This document shows positions 1 through 11,300 of a DNA stretch of 54,099 nt, in pieces. Both the position numbers and the translations under genes were made by a program. Source of the stretch: a virus (Duplodnaviria; Caudoviricetes); the IMG/VR virus record IMGVR_UViG_3300006737_000043, positions 1-54,099 of that record, one strand, 5' to 3'. The notes beneath the pieces are model-generated. The model had not been told where the DNA came from. It saw only the letters and a list, made by a program, of their open reading frames with translations, and did no database searches. Each line of letters starts with the position of its first letter. The stretch's first letter is position 1.

Positions 1-1719
1 GGGGGACCTCACCAACCGGGTGAAGCAGTAGCTAATCCTCTTATTGGTATGGCTAATGCAGGAATCCCTCCTAGTCAATTAGACTTTGATAATGCTGACA
101 CAGTAACAAAAGAAAGGCTAGCAGCACTGTTCCCTAATACATATAAGATTAGTGCGGACACTCCTACATTAGAAGACTTAAGAATAGCTCAAGGATTGGA
201 CCCCACTAGTGGACTTCCGACATTAGAAACTTTACGAGGGGCTCAAGGTCTAGATCCTACTAGCGGACTTCCAACTTTTGAGACTTTGAAACCTGGTCGT
301 ATGAAAGCTATACAATCTAACCCGCCTATAAGTCAAGAACAATTTGACAATTTAGACCCGAGATTAAAGGCAGAGTATGCAGAAGCATTCCCAAATCTTT
401 ATAGGATCAGTGCAGATACTCCTACACTCGAGGAATTACAACAGTATACAAGTGGAAAAGTTGATCCCACAAGTGGGCTCCCTACACTAAGGGGAATCAA
501 TCAACCAGTAACTCAGGAACAGTTTGATATGTTAACTCCAGGGCAAAAACAAACCTATGTAGAGGCATTTCCTAATCGTTATAAAATAAGCGCAGATACT
601 CCAACGTTACAGGATTTACAGAACATGCAGGTAACAACGAAAGCTCATGGAGGCGCTTACCATAATGCACAAGGTCAGCCTGTAGATAAGGACGGTGTAC
701 TTCTACCTCCTGAACTGTTTCAAGGAACTAGAAGAACATTTGAATACCAGCCAGGTACTGATCTAGATTTTGCAAGTATAGGACCAGGCGGCACCCCCGA
801 TGACATACAAGTTATTAGTACAGATAGTATTATTAACAACCCTCAATTAAATGCTGGTCTTTTATCTTCTGCTAACGCGGATGCTGTATCTATGAGTGCT
901 GCTACTCCAATGGGACAAGGCTTAGACTCAGGGACGGTAACTGCTGCAGGAGATCAAGGAGATGACAATGGTGTTCCTGATCCAGTTGATGCTACTAGCG
1001 TTGATGCAGCAAATGCAGCACAAGTTATGGCAGGTCAAAAGGCAAACGTTGTTAAAGTTGAAACTAAAGTAAATGAAAAGACAGGGAAGAAAACAATTGT
1101 TAGAACTTATGATGACGGATCTACACAAGAGTTTAACATTCCAGAGGTAGATACACCTAAAGGACTGACAGCATTACAAGCTGCACCTATTGCTGCTAAT
1201 ATTGTGACATCAGCTATGCTACCAGAGAAGTTTAACTTTGCTAAGTATAGACTGCCTTTAGATGATAGTATTATAGAAAAAAGAGATATATCACCTGAGT
1301 TAAGAGATATAGAAAGAATGGTAGCCACAGGTAGAGGAGCTGTTAGTGGCAGAGCTACTAGTACTGCAGAGCTTCTAGTAGGACTTGCTAACCTAACTTC
1401 ATTAGGTATGGCTGAGACCGGTAAGATTAGAAATGAACAGTATACTGATTATATTGCACAGATACAAAATCAACAGCTTAGAAACCTAGAGATCTCATCT
1501 AGAAATGCAACTATGCAGGCGGAAGTAGATGCTGCAAATGCTAGTCTTGAAAAAGAAAGACTATCACTTATTAATGCAGCAGCAACAGAAGCAAGTAAAC
1601 TGGCTGATTCATTAAGACAAGAGGGACTGTCTAAGTACGAGCTAGAACAGATGTATCTAATGTATCCATATCTAGCAACTACTCAGCCTCAAAAAACTAC
1701 GGAGACCAATAAACCATAA
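1..1719 (+). CDS. Virion cargo/ejection protein with internal repeats (5'-truncated by window edge)
   Basis: Frame is open from base 1 (GGPHQPGEAVANPLIGM...), so the true start is probably upstream. It has 3x FPNxY[KR]ISADTPTL and 3x DPTSGLPT repeats, a helical C-terminus and no Cys, and lies upstream of the vRNAP gene. Confidence 0.7.
   Translation, partial: GGPHQPGEAVANPLIGMANAGIPPSQLDFDNADTVTKERLAALFPNTYKISADTPTLEDLRIAQGLDPTSGLPTLETLRGAQGLDPTSGLPTFETLKPGRMKAIQSNPPISQEQFDNLDPRLKAEYAEAFPNLYRISADTPTLEELQQYTSGKVDPTSGLPTLRGINQPVTQEQFDMLTPGQKQTYVEAFPNRYKISADTPTLQDLQNMQVTTKAHGGAYHNAQGQPVDKDGVLLPPELFQGTRRTFEYQPGTDLDFASIGPGGTPDDIQVISTDSIINNPQLNAGLLSSANADAVSMSAATPMGQGLDSGTVTAAGDQGDDNGVPDPVDATSVDAANAAQVMAGQKANVVKVETKVNEKTGKKTIVRTYDDGSTQEFNIPEVDTPKGLTALQAAPIAANIVTSAMLPEKFNFAKYRLPLDDSIIEKRDISPELRDIERMVATGRGAVSGRATSTAELLVGLANLTSLGMAETGKIRNEQYTDYIAQIQNQQLRNLEISSRNATMQAEVDAANASLEKERLSLINAAATEASKLADSLRQEGLSKYELEQMYLMYPYLATTQPQKTTETNKP
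64..624 (+). repeat. Interleaved protein-level repeats (A: ~39 aa Q..FD...FPNxY[KR]ISADTPTLxxL x3; B: DPTSGLPT x3)
   Basis: Visible in the translation; DNA copies are diverged at synonymous positions. Confidence 0.85.
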
Positions 1720-1729
1720 CAAAGAGCGA

Positions 1730-4700
1730 ATGGCAGATTTAACAACAAATGCGGTTACTCCTTCAGTAATCTCTTATACACCTTTAGACCTTAGTAGAGT
1801 ACAAGCTAGACTAGGATCAAAGGTACAAGAGGTTGAAGGGGCAGCTGCTGCAGGTAGAAATCTTATTTCAGCCTTAGACTTTAAGGATGGATATATGCTT
1901 GCGGGTCAAGCAAAAGATTTACAGAATGAATACTCTGGTAAAATACAGGGCTTAGTAGATGGCTTATATAATACAGGAGATACTAGATCATTTACGGCTG
2001 ACTTATCATTGTTATCTAATCAGATTAATACTGATGAACGTATTCTAGCAGGACAGAAAGACTTTGAACTATCAAAGGTCCATGATCAATATGGCATAGA
2101 TCCTACAAAAAGAGGATTCTATTATAAGTATACATCTGATAATAGTCCTACAGGAAACATTGCTGCAGCTGATTGGAAAAACCAAGACTACACTAGAGAT
2201 GATGTAAATAGCTTTTACCAGATCTTTCCCGAAGAAGATTTGTATAGAGATTACAATGATAAATTTGAGAACTTAAACACTGCAAAGTTTGAAGAGTTTA
2301 TGGGTATGGACCCAAATGGATTTCTTGTCTTTAAAACAACACAAGGTCCATCAGAGTTACCACAAACTATTGCAGATATTGTAGCAGCAGGAGGTACTCA
2401 AGCAGAAGCGGTTGCTGCGTATTTAAAGGAGACCAATGGGCCCCTCTATAGGGAACTTGCTAGTGATTATGATAAAGGAGGAAAAGACTCTGCTATTAAT
2501 TATAGGGATGGTCGAGGCATAGGAAGAGAGCAGTTCATAGGAGAAGTGGTTTTAGAAAATCTCCCGTACCTAGAAGATGTTTCATTTGATTTACAGACTC
2601 CAAGTGGCACAGGTTCAGGAGGAGGAGGAAACACTGTAAAGCCACCTGCAGTTACACCAGTGCAGACTGAAACACTAGCAACAGTTCTAGACCAAGGAGT
2701 AGCATCAGAACTATTAGAAGCAGGAGACTTAAGTATTAAGGACCTTACCTCAGTGCTAGGGTTTGGAGCTGATTCTCAGGGAACGACAGACATGATGACT
2801 ATCTTAGCTGACCCTGAAGCTAATAGACGAGATATCGCAAACGCAGGATATTATACTAGTATACTTGCAGACTGGAATGATAATGGAGATCCTACATACT
2901 CAAATGTATTTACAAATGGAAATGAGCTAAAAGCAGCAGCAGATGAAGCAACGTTAGAGCTATTAAACACTACCTTTGAAGCTACAAGGCGTGATCTTTC
3001 CCCTCAGTCAAATACCAGCTACCAACCTGCTGCAGGATTTGAAGGGGCACAAAAATCATTTATATCAGTTTACGGAGATATTATAGGAGATCAAGATCCT
3101 GTAGAATTTTTCCATAAGATTAGGAATACTAGAAACTTACTAGGCCAGTTTGATGCGAGTGGATTTAATCTAGAGAATAAAGATGAATTAATTTCAGCTT
3201 ATGATGGATACCTGCAGAACCCTTCTCTAGCAAATCAATTAACATTTGGAGTAGGCTTTTTATCGCCAGATGAGTTTGCGGCTGTACTTAATAGACAGGG
3301 AGAAGAGGCGTATACAGTACAGCTGACTGGACTTGATGGACAGTTCGAAGGGTACAGTAATCTTGGAGAGGCTTTAAATAGATATGAAAAAGCATCTAAT
3401 TACTTTATGGGAAACATTCGTCCAGTAGGCGCCCTTACTCCGGAGCTTCAACTGTATAATAAAATAAACAGAAATGCTCCTTTTCTAAATATGGAGGCTC
3501 AAATGTCTGAGCTAAGAGAGACTTCTCCTATTGCTTTTTATGAAGCAGCTAGGATAGATATTATGAATCGATCTCAGCTTTATCATACTGATGTTATATT
3601 ACAGCCTGGATCACTACAAAGAAGTGAGGGTATTATAGAAGAGGGCACAAAGCAATTCTCTGAAAGCTTAGCTCCTTCAATAGTAGACGGTGAGATTGGT
3701 GCTGACTTTGGGGCTAATTGGACAATATCTAAATTTCTAAAAACACCAACAGGAGGTGCAACAGGAATGAAAGACGCAGGTGTAGAAAGTCCAAGAGTTA
3801 GTATTATTAAAGGGGATGCAGTAATAGAGAGCCCTTACGAGGAGATGGATTTAACTGCAAGGAATACAACAGCTGTTCTTAAAAATTTTATTAACTCTTC
3901 ATCAGATAATACCGACGTTAATGAAGGGGCAGGAGACTTTATCTTCCAAGGCTTAATTGTACCTAATGGCCAAACAAGTGAGGTAGGATTAGTATTCTCT
4001 CATAGACAAGCGAATGGAGGAGTTGAAAGCTACATCTTTACACCTAAGAACCAAACAGCTTTAGAGAATAATCCTCTCGTACAGTCTATGGATCTTACTC
4101 AGAAAACACTTGCAGGTAAGCAATACTTACCTCAAGTTATGACCGGAGATGCGTATCTAGGAATGTATGGTGAGGAGATAAATAATATGCTTAGCGAGAA
4201 TGTAGATTTGTACGGCATTACTGCTGAGTACGTTTGGTCAGACACAAAAGCAAGCTTATCTAATACAGAACTTTTTAATCCACTCGAAACGTTTAGAGAT
4301 ACAGATGTTCCTAACCCATACTTTGACGGTAATACTTCAGTAGTAGCTGACATAGCAGGAGGTTCAGAAATATATAGATTTAGACGTAAAGATGGAACAG
4401 GGGATGTTAGATGGTCAGAGTACTTAGAAGGATTTGCAGAAAATCCTGATCTAGCCTCTACTTACCTAGGGGTATCAGATTATGAGGGCTTCTTAGTAAG
4501 TGTGTTGCTTAACAAAGATCAGATTAACGACGCTGGCGGAAACGTAACAGATGAGGCAATCATGGGACTATTACAAAGTACTACTATGCCTAACCTTAAG
4601 GGTATAAGTGAAGCCCTAGGTACAGAGTGGGGACTACTGACAAATATCCCGATTACATTTAATGATACCTCAGAAGCCTTCCACCATTTTGCAGGCCAGT

Positions 4701-4765
4701 CCAGTAGAGGACCTGATCGGGCAGGTAATCCGCGGTCCGGCTATTTTATCTCAACAAACCCGTAG
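1730..4765 (+). CDS. Large virion cargo/ejection protein (1011 aa)
   Basis: Long, acidic, Cys-free ORF in the cargo-gene block upstream of the vRNAP; no catalytic motif recognised. Confidence 0.65.
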   Translation: MADLTTNAVTPSVISYTPLDLSRVQARLGSKVQEVEGAAAAGRNLISALDFKDGYMLAGQAKDLQNEYSGKIQGLVDGLYNTGDTRSFTADLSLLSNQINTDERILAGQKDFELSKVHDQYGIDPTKRGFYYKYTSDNSPTGNIAAADWKNQDYTRDDVNSFYQIFPEEDLYRDYNDKFENLNTAKFEEFMGMDPNGFLVFKTTQGPSELPQTIADIVAAGGTQAEAVAAYLKETNGPLYRELASDYDKGGKDSAINYRDGRGIGREQFIGEVVLENLPYLEDVSFDLQTPSGTGSGGGGNTVKPPAVTPVQTETLATVLDQGVASELLEAGDLSIKDLTSVLGFGADSQGTTDMMTILADPEANRRDIANAGYYTSILADWNDNGDPTYSNVFTNGNELKAAADEATLELLNTTFEATRRDLSPQSNTSYQPAAGFEGAQKSFISVYGDIIGDQDPVEFFHKIRNTRNLLGQFDASGFNLENKDELISAYDGYLQNPSLANQLTFGVGFLSPDEFAAVLNRQGEEAYTVQLTGLDGQFEGYSNLGEALNRYEKASNYFMGNIRPVGALTPELQLYNKINRNAPFLNMEAQMSELRETSPIAFYEAARIDIMNRSQLYHTDVILQPGSLQRSEGIIEEGTKQFSESLAPSIVDGEIGADFGANWTISKFLKTPTGGATGMKDAGVESPRVSIIKGDAVIESPYEEMDLTARNTTAVLKNFINSSSDNTDVNEGAGDFIFQGLIVPNGQTSEVGLVFSHRQANGGVESYIFTPKNQTALENNPLVQSMDLTQKTLAGKQYLPQVMTGDAYLGMYGEEINNMLSENVDLYGITAEYVWSDTKASLSNTELFNPLETFRDTDVPNPYFDGNTSVVADIAGGSEIYRFRRKDGTGDVRWSEYLEGFAENPDLASTYLGVSDYEGFLVSVLLNKDQINDAGGNVTDEAIMGLLQSTTMPNLKGISEALGTEWGLLTNIPITFNDTSEAFHHFAGQSSRGPDRAGNPRSGYFISTNP

Positions 4766-4793
4766 AGGAGTCTGATTCAGCTGGCGATCAGAC
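4756..4793 (+). promoter_or_regulatory. Candidate -1 programmed ribosomal frameshift signal
   Basis: A_AAC_CCG (4756-4762, X_XXY_YYZ pattern) directly precedes the TAG. After a 7-nt spacer comes a perfect stem GTCTGAT(4770-76)/ATCAGAC(4787-93). The -1 frame is open from 4729 into the 4846 ORF. Confidence 0.55.
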
Positions 4794-4845
4794 CAGGACC
4801 TCACAAGACCAGACGGGTAACTTCGAGCCCGTAACTTCATTCGAA

Positions 4846-5352
4846 ATGGCAGACTTTACTTTACCTGCTAGAAACTCAAATACAGTATTTAATCCTGCTG
4901 ACTTTGAAAACGCAGGTAAAGCTTGGGTATCTGCTAATGACCATACATTTGTAAATAATTCTGATTACTCTAATTTATTTTGGAGCACTGGTATTGAAAG
5001 AGCTCAACAGATCTACAATACAAACATAGTTAGCTTACCTGCAACTAATGAAGCAGGATTAAAAATACTAGATAAAGCAAACAGATGGAGTGCAGCTAAT
5101 GGCTTCAATGTAAGAGTAAGTAGTATGGCTAGACCACAAGCTGTTCAAGACTTTATGAGAGAACAGCCTAGAATGATGGGAACAGCTGCTGCTATGTCTA
5201 AGCATAGAGTAGGTGCTATCGATCTTGATTATGTTAGAAATTCGGACGGAAGTATTAATCAAGCTAAAACAAACGAGCTAAAAACATACCTTAAAAATTT
5301 CTATAAGGTTATTGATCATGCTGGCCATATTCATGTTTCTCCTAGAGTTTAA
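4846..5352 (+). CDS. Peptidase M15-like (Hedgehog/DD-peptidase fold) zinc peptidoglycan hydrolase
   Basis: Motifs SMAR, SKHRVGAIDLD and HAGHIHVS resemble the M15 Arg, His...Asp and HxH signature; His-Asp spacing is one residue shorter than usual. Confidence 0.7.
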   Translation: MADFTLPARNSNTVFNPADFENAGKAWVSANDHTFVNNSDYSNLFWSTGIERAQQIYNTNIVSLPATNEAGLKILDKANRWSAANGFNVRVSSMARPQAVQDFMREQPRMMGTAAAMSKHRVGAIDLDYVRNSDGSINQAKTNELKTYLKNFYKVIDHAGHIHVSPRV

Positions 5353-5360
5353 TATCTTTG
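5353..5360 (+). promoter_or_regulatory. Bacteroidota-type -7 promoter element (TATCTTTG) ahead of the vRNAP polyprotein
   Basis: Matches TAnnTTTG in a 12-nt intergenic gap, 4 nt before the ATG. Confidence 0.65.
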
Positions 5361-5364
5361 TAAA

Positions 5365-8300
5365 ATGCCACAACATCCTACATCTTCTCTCCCTACTATA
5401 AATCAGGGAGATCCTTCTGATCTTACTAGACCTCCTAGGGGACAACAAGTTAAACTATTTGAATCAAAGATAACGCCGCCAAGTTTAGAGGGACCCCAGC
5501 TACCTGCCGGTATGGTCCAACTAGATAGAGCTCCTGGTCAAGTATTCAATAGAAACCCATTTAACTCAATTATTAATGCTCCTAAAATTACAGGAACTAC
5601 TGGGTGGCTTTTTGATATAACAAGGGCTCGAGCGGACAACAGGTATACAGCAGATCCTAATAATGCAATAGGAAACGTAGCAATAGGAGGAGTAAATGTA
5701 GCTGACCCAAGAAAGAGAGGACAGAAAAATCAACAGCAGTTCTTCAATGATAATATGAAGATCTGGGAGACAGGAGCAGATAGAGCTAGAAATGCATTAT
5801 TTGGAGGAGCTCTTCAGGGTATAAATAGAATTGGAGAGGATCTAGGAGGAATACTTGGAGGATCTTTCTGGGGAGAAGATTTTGAAAGAACTGCTATGGA
5901 GAGATACTTTGCTAATGCAAGGGGCACCTACGATCAGGCAGTAAAAATCTATGATGAAGATGCAAAGTTTTATCAAGGCCTACAAGCTGTTACTGCATCT
6001 ATAGTTGAGTTTGCACCAGTTGGAGGAGCAGTTAATAAGTTTTTTAAGTACGGAGGTAAAGCTGTAAAATATGTAGGAGCTGGTATTAAAACAGGACAGT
6101 GGACAAAGAGAGGTACGCAAGCTATTCAAGCTGCAAAAGTAGCTGGCCAAAGTACAAGAGTATCTTCACAAATTGCAGCAAACACTACTAAACTAGGAAA
6201 CTTTTTTAGAAAATATCAAAACCCTCTTAGCCAACTAGGTACTGCTGTACCTGCTGGTATTGTACAAAATAGAATTGAGGGAACTGCAATGGCGCTTCAG
6301 ACATATGAAGAAGTCCTTGACAAACTACAACCTGCTATTGCAAATGGTGACTTAACATATGAACAGGCAGCTAAGATAGCAGCACAAGAAGCACAAGGTG
6401 TTAGAGTTAAGAACCAAGCAATGATGGTCCAAGACATCTTTCAACATGCTACTTTGTTTAGAGCACGAGGACTAACAAGAACCGGATATCAGCGTCCTGG
6501 GTTTACTTGGAATCCAAAACAATATTTAAAGAATGCATTCCAAAGTAGAAAGTCACTATGGAATTATGGTACAAATAACTTCATTGTACAGGGAATAGGA
6601 GAGGCACTAGAAGAAGGATTCCAGTCTGGTATGCAACAAGATGCAGTAAGAAATGCACAGTTTGCTGCTAGAGATATTATAAGAAGAGATGGAGGAGATG
6701 TTACAACTATACCGGTTGATAACATAGGACTGGCTACAAAAAAGAATGTAGTAGACAGATACTTAGGATATATGTCTACTGATGATGCTAAGTTTGAGAT
6801 GGCTGTTGGTTTCTTTGCCGGTGCTGGACAAAGAATGGTTCAAAGCTATTCTGAGAAGATGTTTGATAACCGTGCTTATAGAAAACTAACTAACCAGATT
6901 GAAACTTTAAAGAGAGATTTACCTGCAGGAACGGATCAAGAGAAAGCTTATAAGCAACAGAAGATTGCTGAGTTAGAATATAAAAGAGCAGTTACTACAG
7001 AAAAAGGAAGAGCAGAGGCCGCTACAGAATTAATAAATACTCTTAAGTCAGATACTGCAAACTCAATTAAGTTTGCTATGGAAACTGATGATCTGATTGA
7101 GGCAGCAAGAGAGAAAGGATGGGGCCATATTGTTGAAGGTATGGAAAAAAATGCATTCTATAATCTATTTATGAAGCATGCAGCTAATGGTACAGTAGAT
7201 CAGTTAGAGAGACAGCTACAAGCCATTGCAGACGGTACTTCTACCTCAGCTGCTTTCCCAGAAGATGGCTCTCATCAGGAGAAAGCAACAGAGTTTTTAA
7301 ATGAACTAAACGAACTAGAAGCGGACTACTTAGCTCTTCAAGGTATGGAAGGCGCCCATAGGATTATGGGACTACAGTTTGCTGCAAAGACTAATCAACG
7401 AGTTGTAGACGGAGCACTGAAGGCTAGGACAAAAGCAAAACAAGATATCATTGATGATCTTAGAGCTTTATCTGGATCACAGGCTACAACTATCGAAGTA
7501 AACGAGGAGACCGGAGAGGTTAAGGTAACAGATAGTCTAGGAAGAAATGTACCTATATCTAGGAAATTACAAAAAGCAATTGAGTCATCAGATGCTTACA
7601 AGGCTATTTTTGATGAGGGAGGATTCAATGATCAGATTGATGCTATTAAAGATCGTGTAATAGAAGATAGAGCTAAGCTCTCTGATATGATTACACCTGC
7701 TGGTCAAAGTAAACTTAGGAAAGAAAGAATCGAGTTTGAGAAAAAGATTGAACAAGCTCGTAGAAAGGCTAAGCAGAAAGGACGTCGTCAGCGTAGAAAT
7801 GGAAAAACTCGAGGACAAAGAGATGCTTCTAATATAGATAATCAAAGAAGAAAAGCAGAGAACTCTCAATCGGAAGCTAGTGTTACAGGTGATACTGTTG
7901 AAAACGGGGCTACATTAGAAAATGACCCAGATAACTTACAACGTGAGGCAACTCCAGAGGCTACCATTGAGGAGCTAAAAGAGGCAGCACAGGGAACTGA
8001 ATCAGCTCCAGAGACAGATGTAAAGTCTGATGCTGAGATACAAGAAGAAGCTGACAAGGACTTTGACCCTGCGTTGGATAAGCCTGAGTATGGCTATACA
8101 AGAGGCACAACTTCTAATGTAAATAAAGTAGCTTCTCTATTAAGAGAGTGGAATGCATCAGTAAGTAACGGTATAGTTACAATTGATAACGCTGAGTTCA
8201 ACTTTATTGATGGCTATATGGCTCTTGCAGATCCTAGTAGGATACAAGAGGGAGACGTCCTAGAGTTTCAGATAGTAGAAAATGCTGATGAGTATGAGGT

Positions 8301-11300
8301 AACTGATGTAAGTGACCTAGACGAAACCAACCAAGGTAAGAAAAAAACAGTAAAAGAAGCTAGAGCTAATAAGAAAAGTTTAGCAGAACATGAATCTGAT
8401 GTATCTCAAACAGAGGTATCAGAGGATCAGATAGAAAATGATCTACAGCCTATAAAGATTATCCATGTATCAGCAGATGGTACTAGAACTGAAATAGGTT
8501 TTGTCCATAGCCCTCTATACCAACGAGAGGCTAGAACAACTAGATCTGCTGCAGAAATAGCACAGGATAAGCAAAAGCTTAGAGAATTCCGTGATAGGCT
8601 GCTAGCTGGCGAGGTTACACAAACTCGTATTTCTTCTATACAACCTGTAGTTTTAAACTATGTAGACTCTTCGCAAAGACAGACTACTAGAAATACATTC
8701 AGCGGAGTACTAGAGGGCCCTAGCGGTCAGTACCATATAGCTGTAGCTAGTGGAGACGGACAGCTATTTGTAAAAGGTGGAGCTAGTATTAAGTCTGTAA
8801 ACGGTATAGGCCGTAATAGTGTTATCGTAAACCAAGATAAAATTAAGGCAGGTCTAGCTTACGCAGTTGTACCTCTTAAGAAAGACAAGAATGGTAATAC
8901 ACATTACTATGCTGCTCCATTATTAACTAGAAACGTATCAGAGAATAACGTTGAGGTTATGATGACTGCAATTGATGCTTGGATTGCAGGTGAACAAGTC
9001 CCAGGTCTAAAGTCAAACATGACCGAAAGAGAGGTAAGAAATCTTAAGACCGTACTAAAAAGATTTATTAGAGTCCGTAATACAGATAGTCTGCCTCATA
9101 AACCAGGACAGACATACGTATATACAAAGGTAGAGGGAGGACGAGAGTTCTTAGTGTTTGGTAAAGTTCTTAGTGAGCCCTCAGAGGGCAACTCAGGAGT
9201 TTACGAAGTTACAGTTGAGAAGGGTGCCCCTCTAGCTACAGAGAATCAAGAGTTTATCAGACAGGTTTTAAAAGACCAAAAGTTAAATATAGACTTTGAT
9301 AGTGTAGAAAGTAATGAGCACTTCTTCTCAGTAATAACTGAAGGTAAGGTAGAGACTAATAAGAAAGCACTCATAGACCATGTTATGGACAGCACCTTAT
9401 CTACTATCGCTCCTATCAGAACAAATGAAGGTGCACTACCAAATGGTAAAGTTATATTCCACTATAATCCAGATGTTAGATATGGTGAAGGTATACCAGG
9501 ACTTTCGGAAGAAGATGCTCCTCCACTTAGAGCAGACGGTACTGGAGATCCTGAGCTTAAAGGTAGACGTGCTACAGAAGATACTGATGATGATGCTTTA
9601 CGAGCGCTAGCTGAAGCTGCAGGTATTACTGTAGAACAAGCTCAAGCAAATAGAGAAGATGCTGATCTGCTAGCAGAGGATGAAGACGCTGACTTTGATG
9701 ATACATTTGACGAAGATGATACTTTAGGCCTACTACCTGAAGCAGCTACAAATAGATCTGAAGAAACTAGGCAACAGTTTAGGGTACCTGATATTACTCC
9801 TGTTCAACAAGAACAGATTACTGATTTTATCGCATCTGATATTATAAAGAATATAAAAGTTATTCTTGCAACTACTAAGGTAGATAAGTCAGATGAACAA
9901 GCATTCTCAGAAGCAGTAGATGATAGCTATGCTCAAGTAGTAAGAAACTTAGAAGCCCTGGTAGCAAGAACATCAAAACGATTAGCGGCAACAAGAAAAC
10001 TAAAAGCAGGCGATACAGCAGCTATTACTAGGCTTGAGACTAGACTTAAGAAAGCTAATGAAACTTTAGAAGCGGTACGAAAGAGCGAAGATAAGATTAT
10101 TAATCTTTCGTTAACTAAACTAGAACAAAGATCAGGTGTAACTAAAAAGGCAAAACGAACTCAACAAGCGAGTCCAGCAGAACAGCAAACACGTAGCGCT
10201 GTAGATAAGCTATTTAGTTCCATATTCGGTAAAGACAAAACTTCAAAGATAGAAGATGCTGAGTCTGAGTCTGATGAAAATTCAGGTGAGTCAGCTCCAG
10301 GTATAAACAAGAGCTACCACTCTGACAACTTCTACTTTACTCTAGATCCTATAGATACCGCATCATCTCGACTAAGAGACTCTCTATCAACATTAGTTGA
10401 GCTAAATGAAAATGGGAATATATCAAAAACATTCTTTGGCTCTACTAAATATGCTGACCCCAACCAGGTGTTCAAGATTCTATCTACTGCTTTAGAGGGT
10501 ACTAATCCTATCTTCTCAGAGCAGATGGAAGCGTTGATGAGAAAGTATTTAGCAGATAGAGGATTTAGAAATAAAGCTTCTTGGCTACCTGCACTAGTAG
10601 TCACTGCTACAGAACTAGAAAGCTTAGAAGCTAGTCCCATAGGACAAAAGTTCTTAGAGACTATATTCCCTGATATGGATTCTAGAGCAGAGCAGATTAA
10701 AAGTCTAAGAGATCAGAAGATTAGTCCTCAGATTATTAATGAGTTCTCATCTGTTATGTCAAAGCATGCACTCATAGCTCCTATCATATCAATTCAAACA
10801 GGGTCAAATGGACAAGTGTATGTTAATGCATTTAGCCAGAACAGAAACTCACTTGTAAATATTGTAGGAGAAGAGTTTGATCTTGGTATGAGAGACAAAC
10901 TGTACCTATATGATTCTACCACAGGCGACTACGTTATTAATGAAGAGGCCTTTGATGAGGCTATAGCATATCTAACTAGTCTTGCTAATGCTGGAGGAAA
11001 TGTAAACATGGCTGAGTTTGGAGTTATGATGGAGACTAAGCTAGGTATCAAACTATCTGAAGATACTATAGAGTCTCTATTTGAAGACGGCATATACCTA
11101 CAGACATCTGCAATGGCTCGTAGAGTTAAGATGACTGATAATGGTATGTGGGGTAACTTCTCTCCATTTACTATTATGCGTGAGCATTTAGAAGCTATAA
11201 AGAACAAAGGCATAGCATATTCTACAAAAGGCCCTACAAACTTCGGTGCAATTAAAAGACTTGTTAATCTTGAAGCTAATAGATCAGAGGCTAAAAGACA

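Noticed and set aside
4763-4834. Read-through of the TAG of the 1011-aa gene
   Set aside because: It adds only ~23 residues before TAA and does not reach the peptidase frame.
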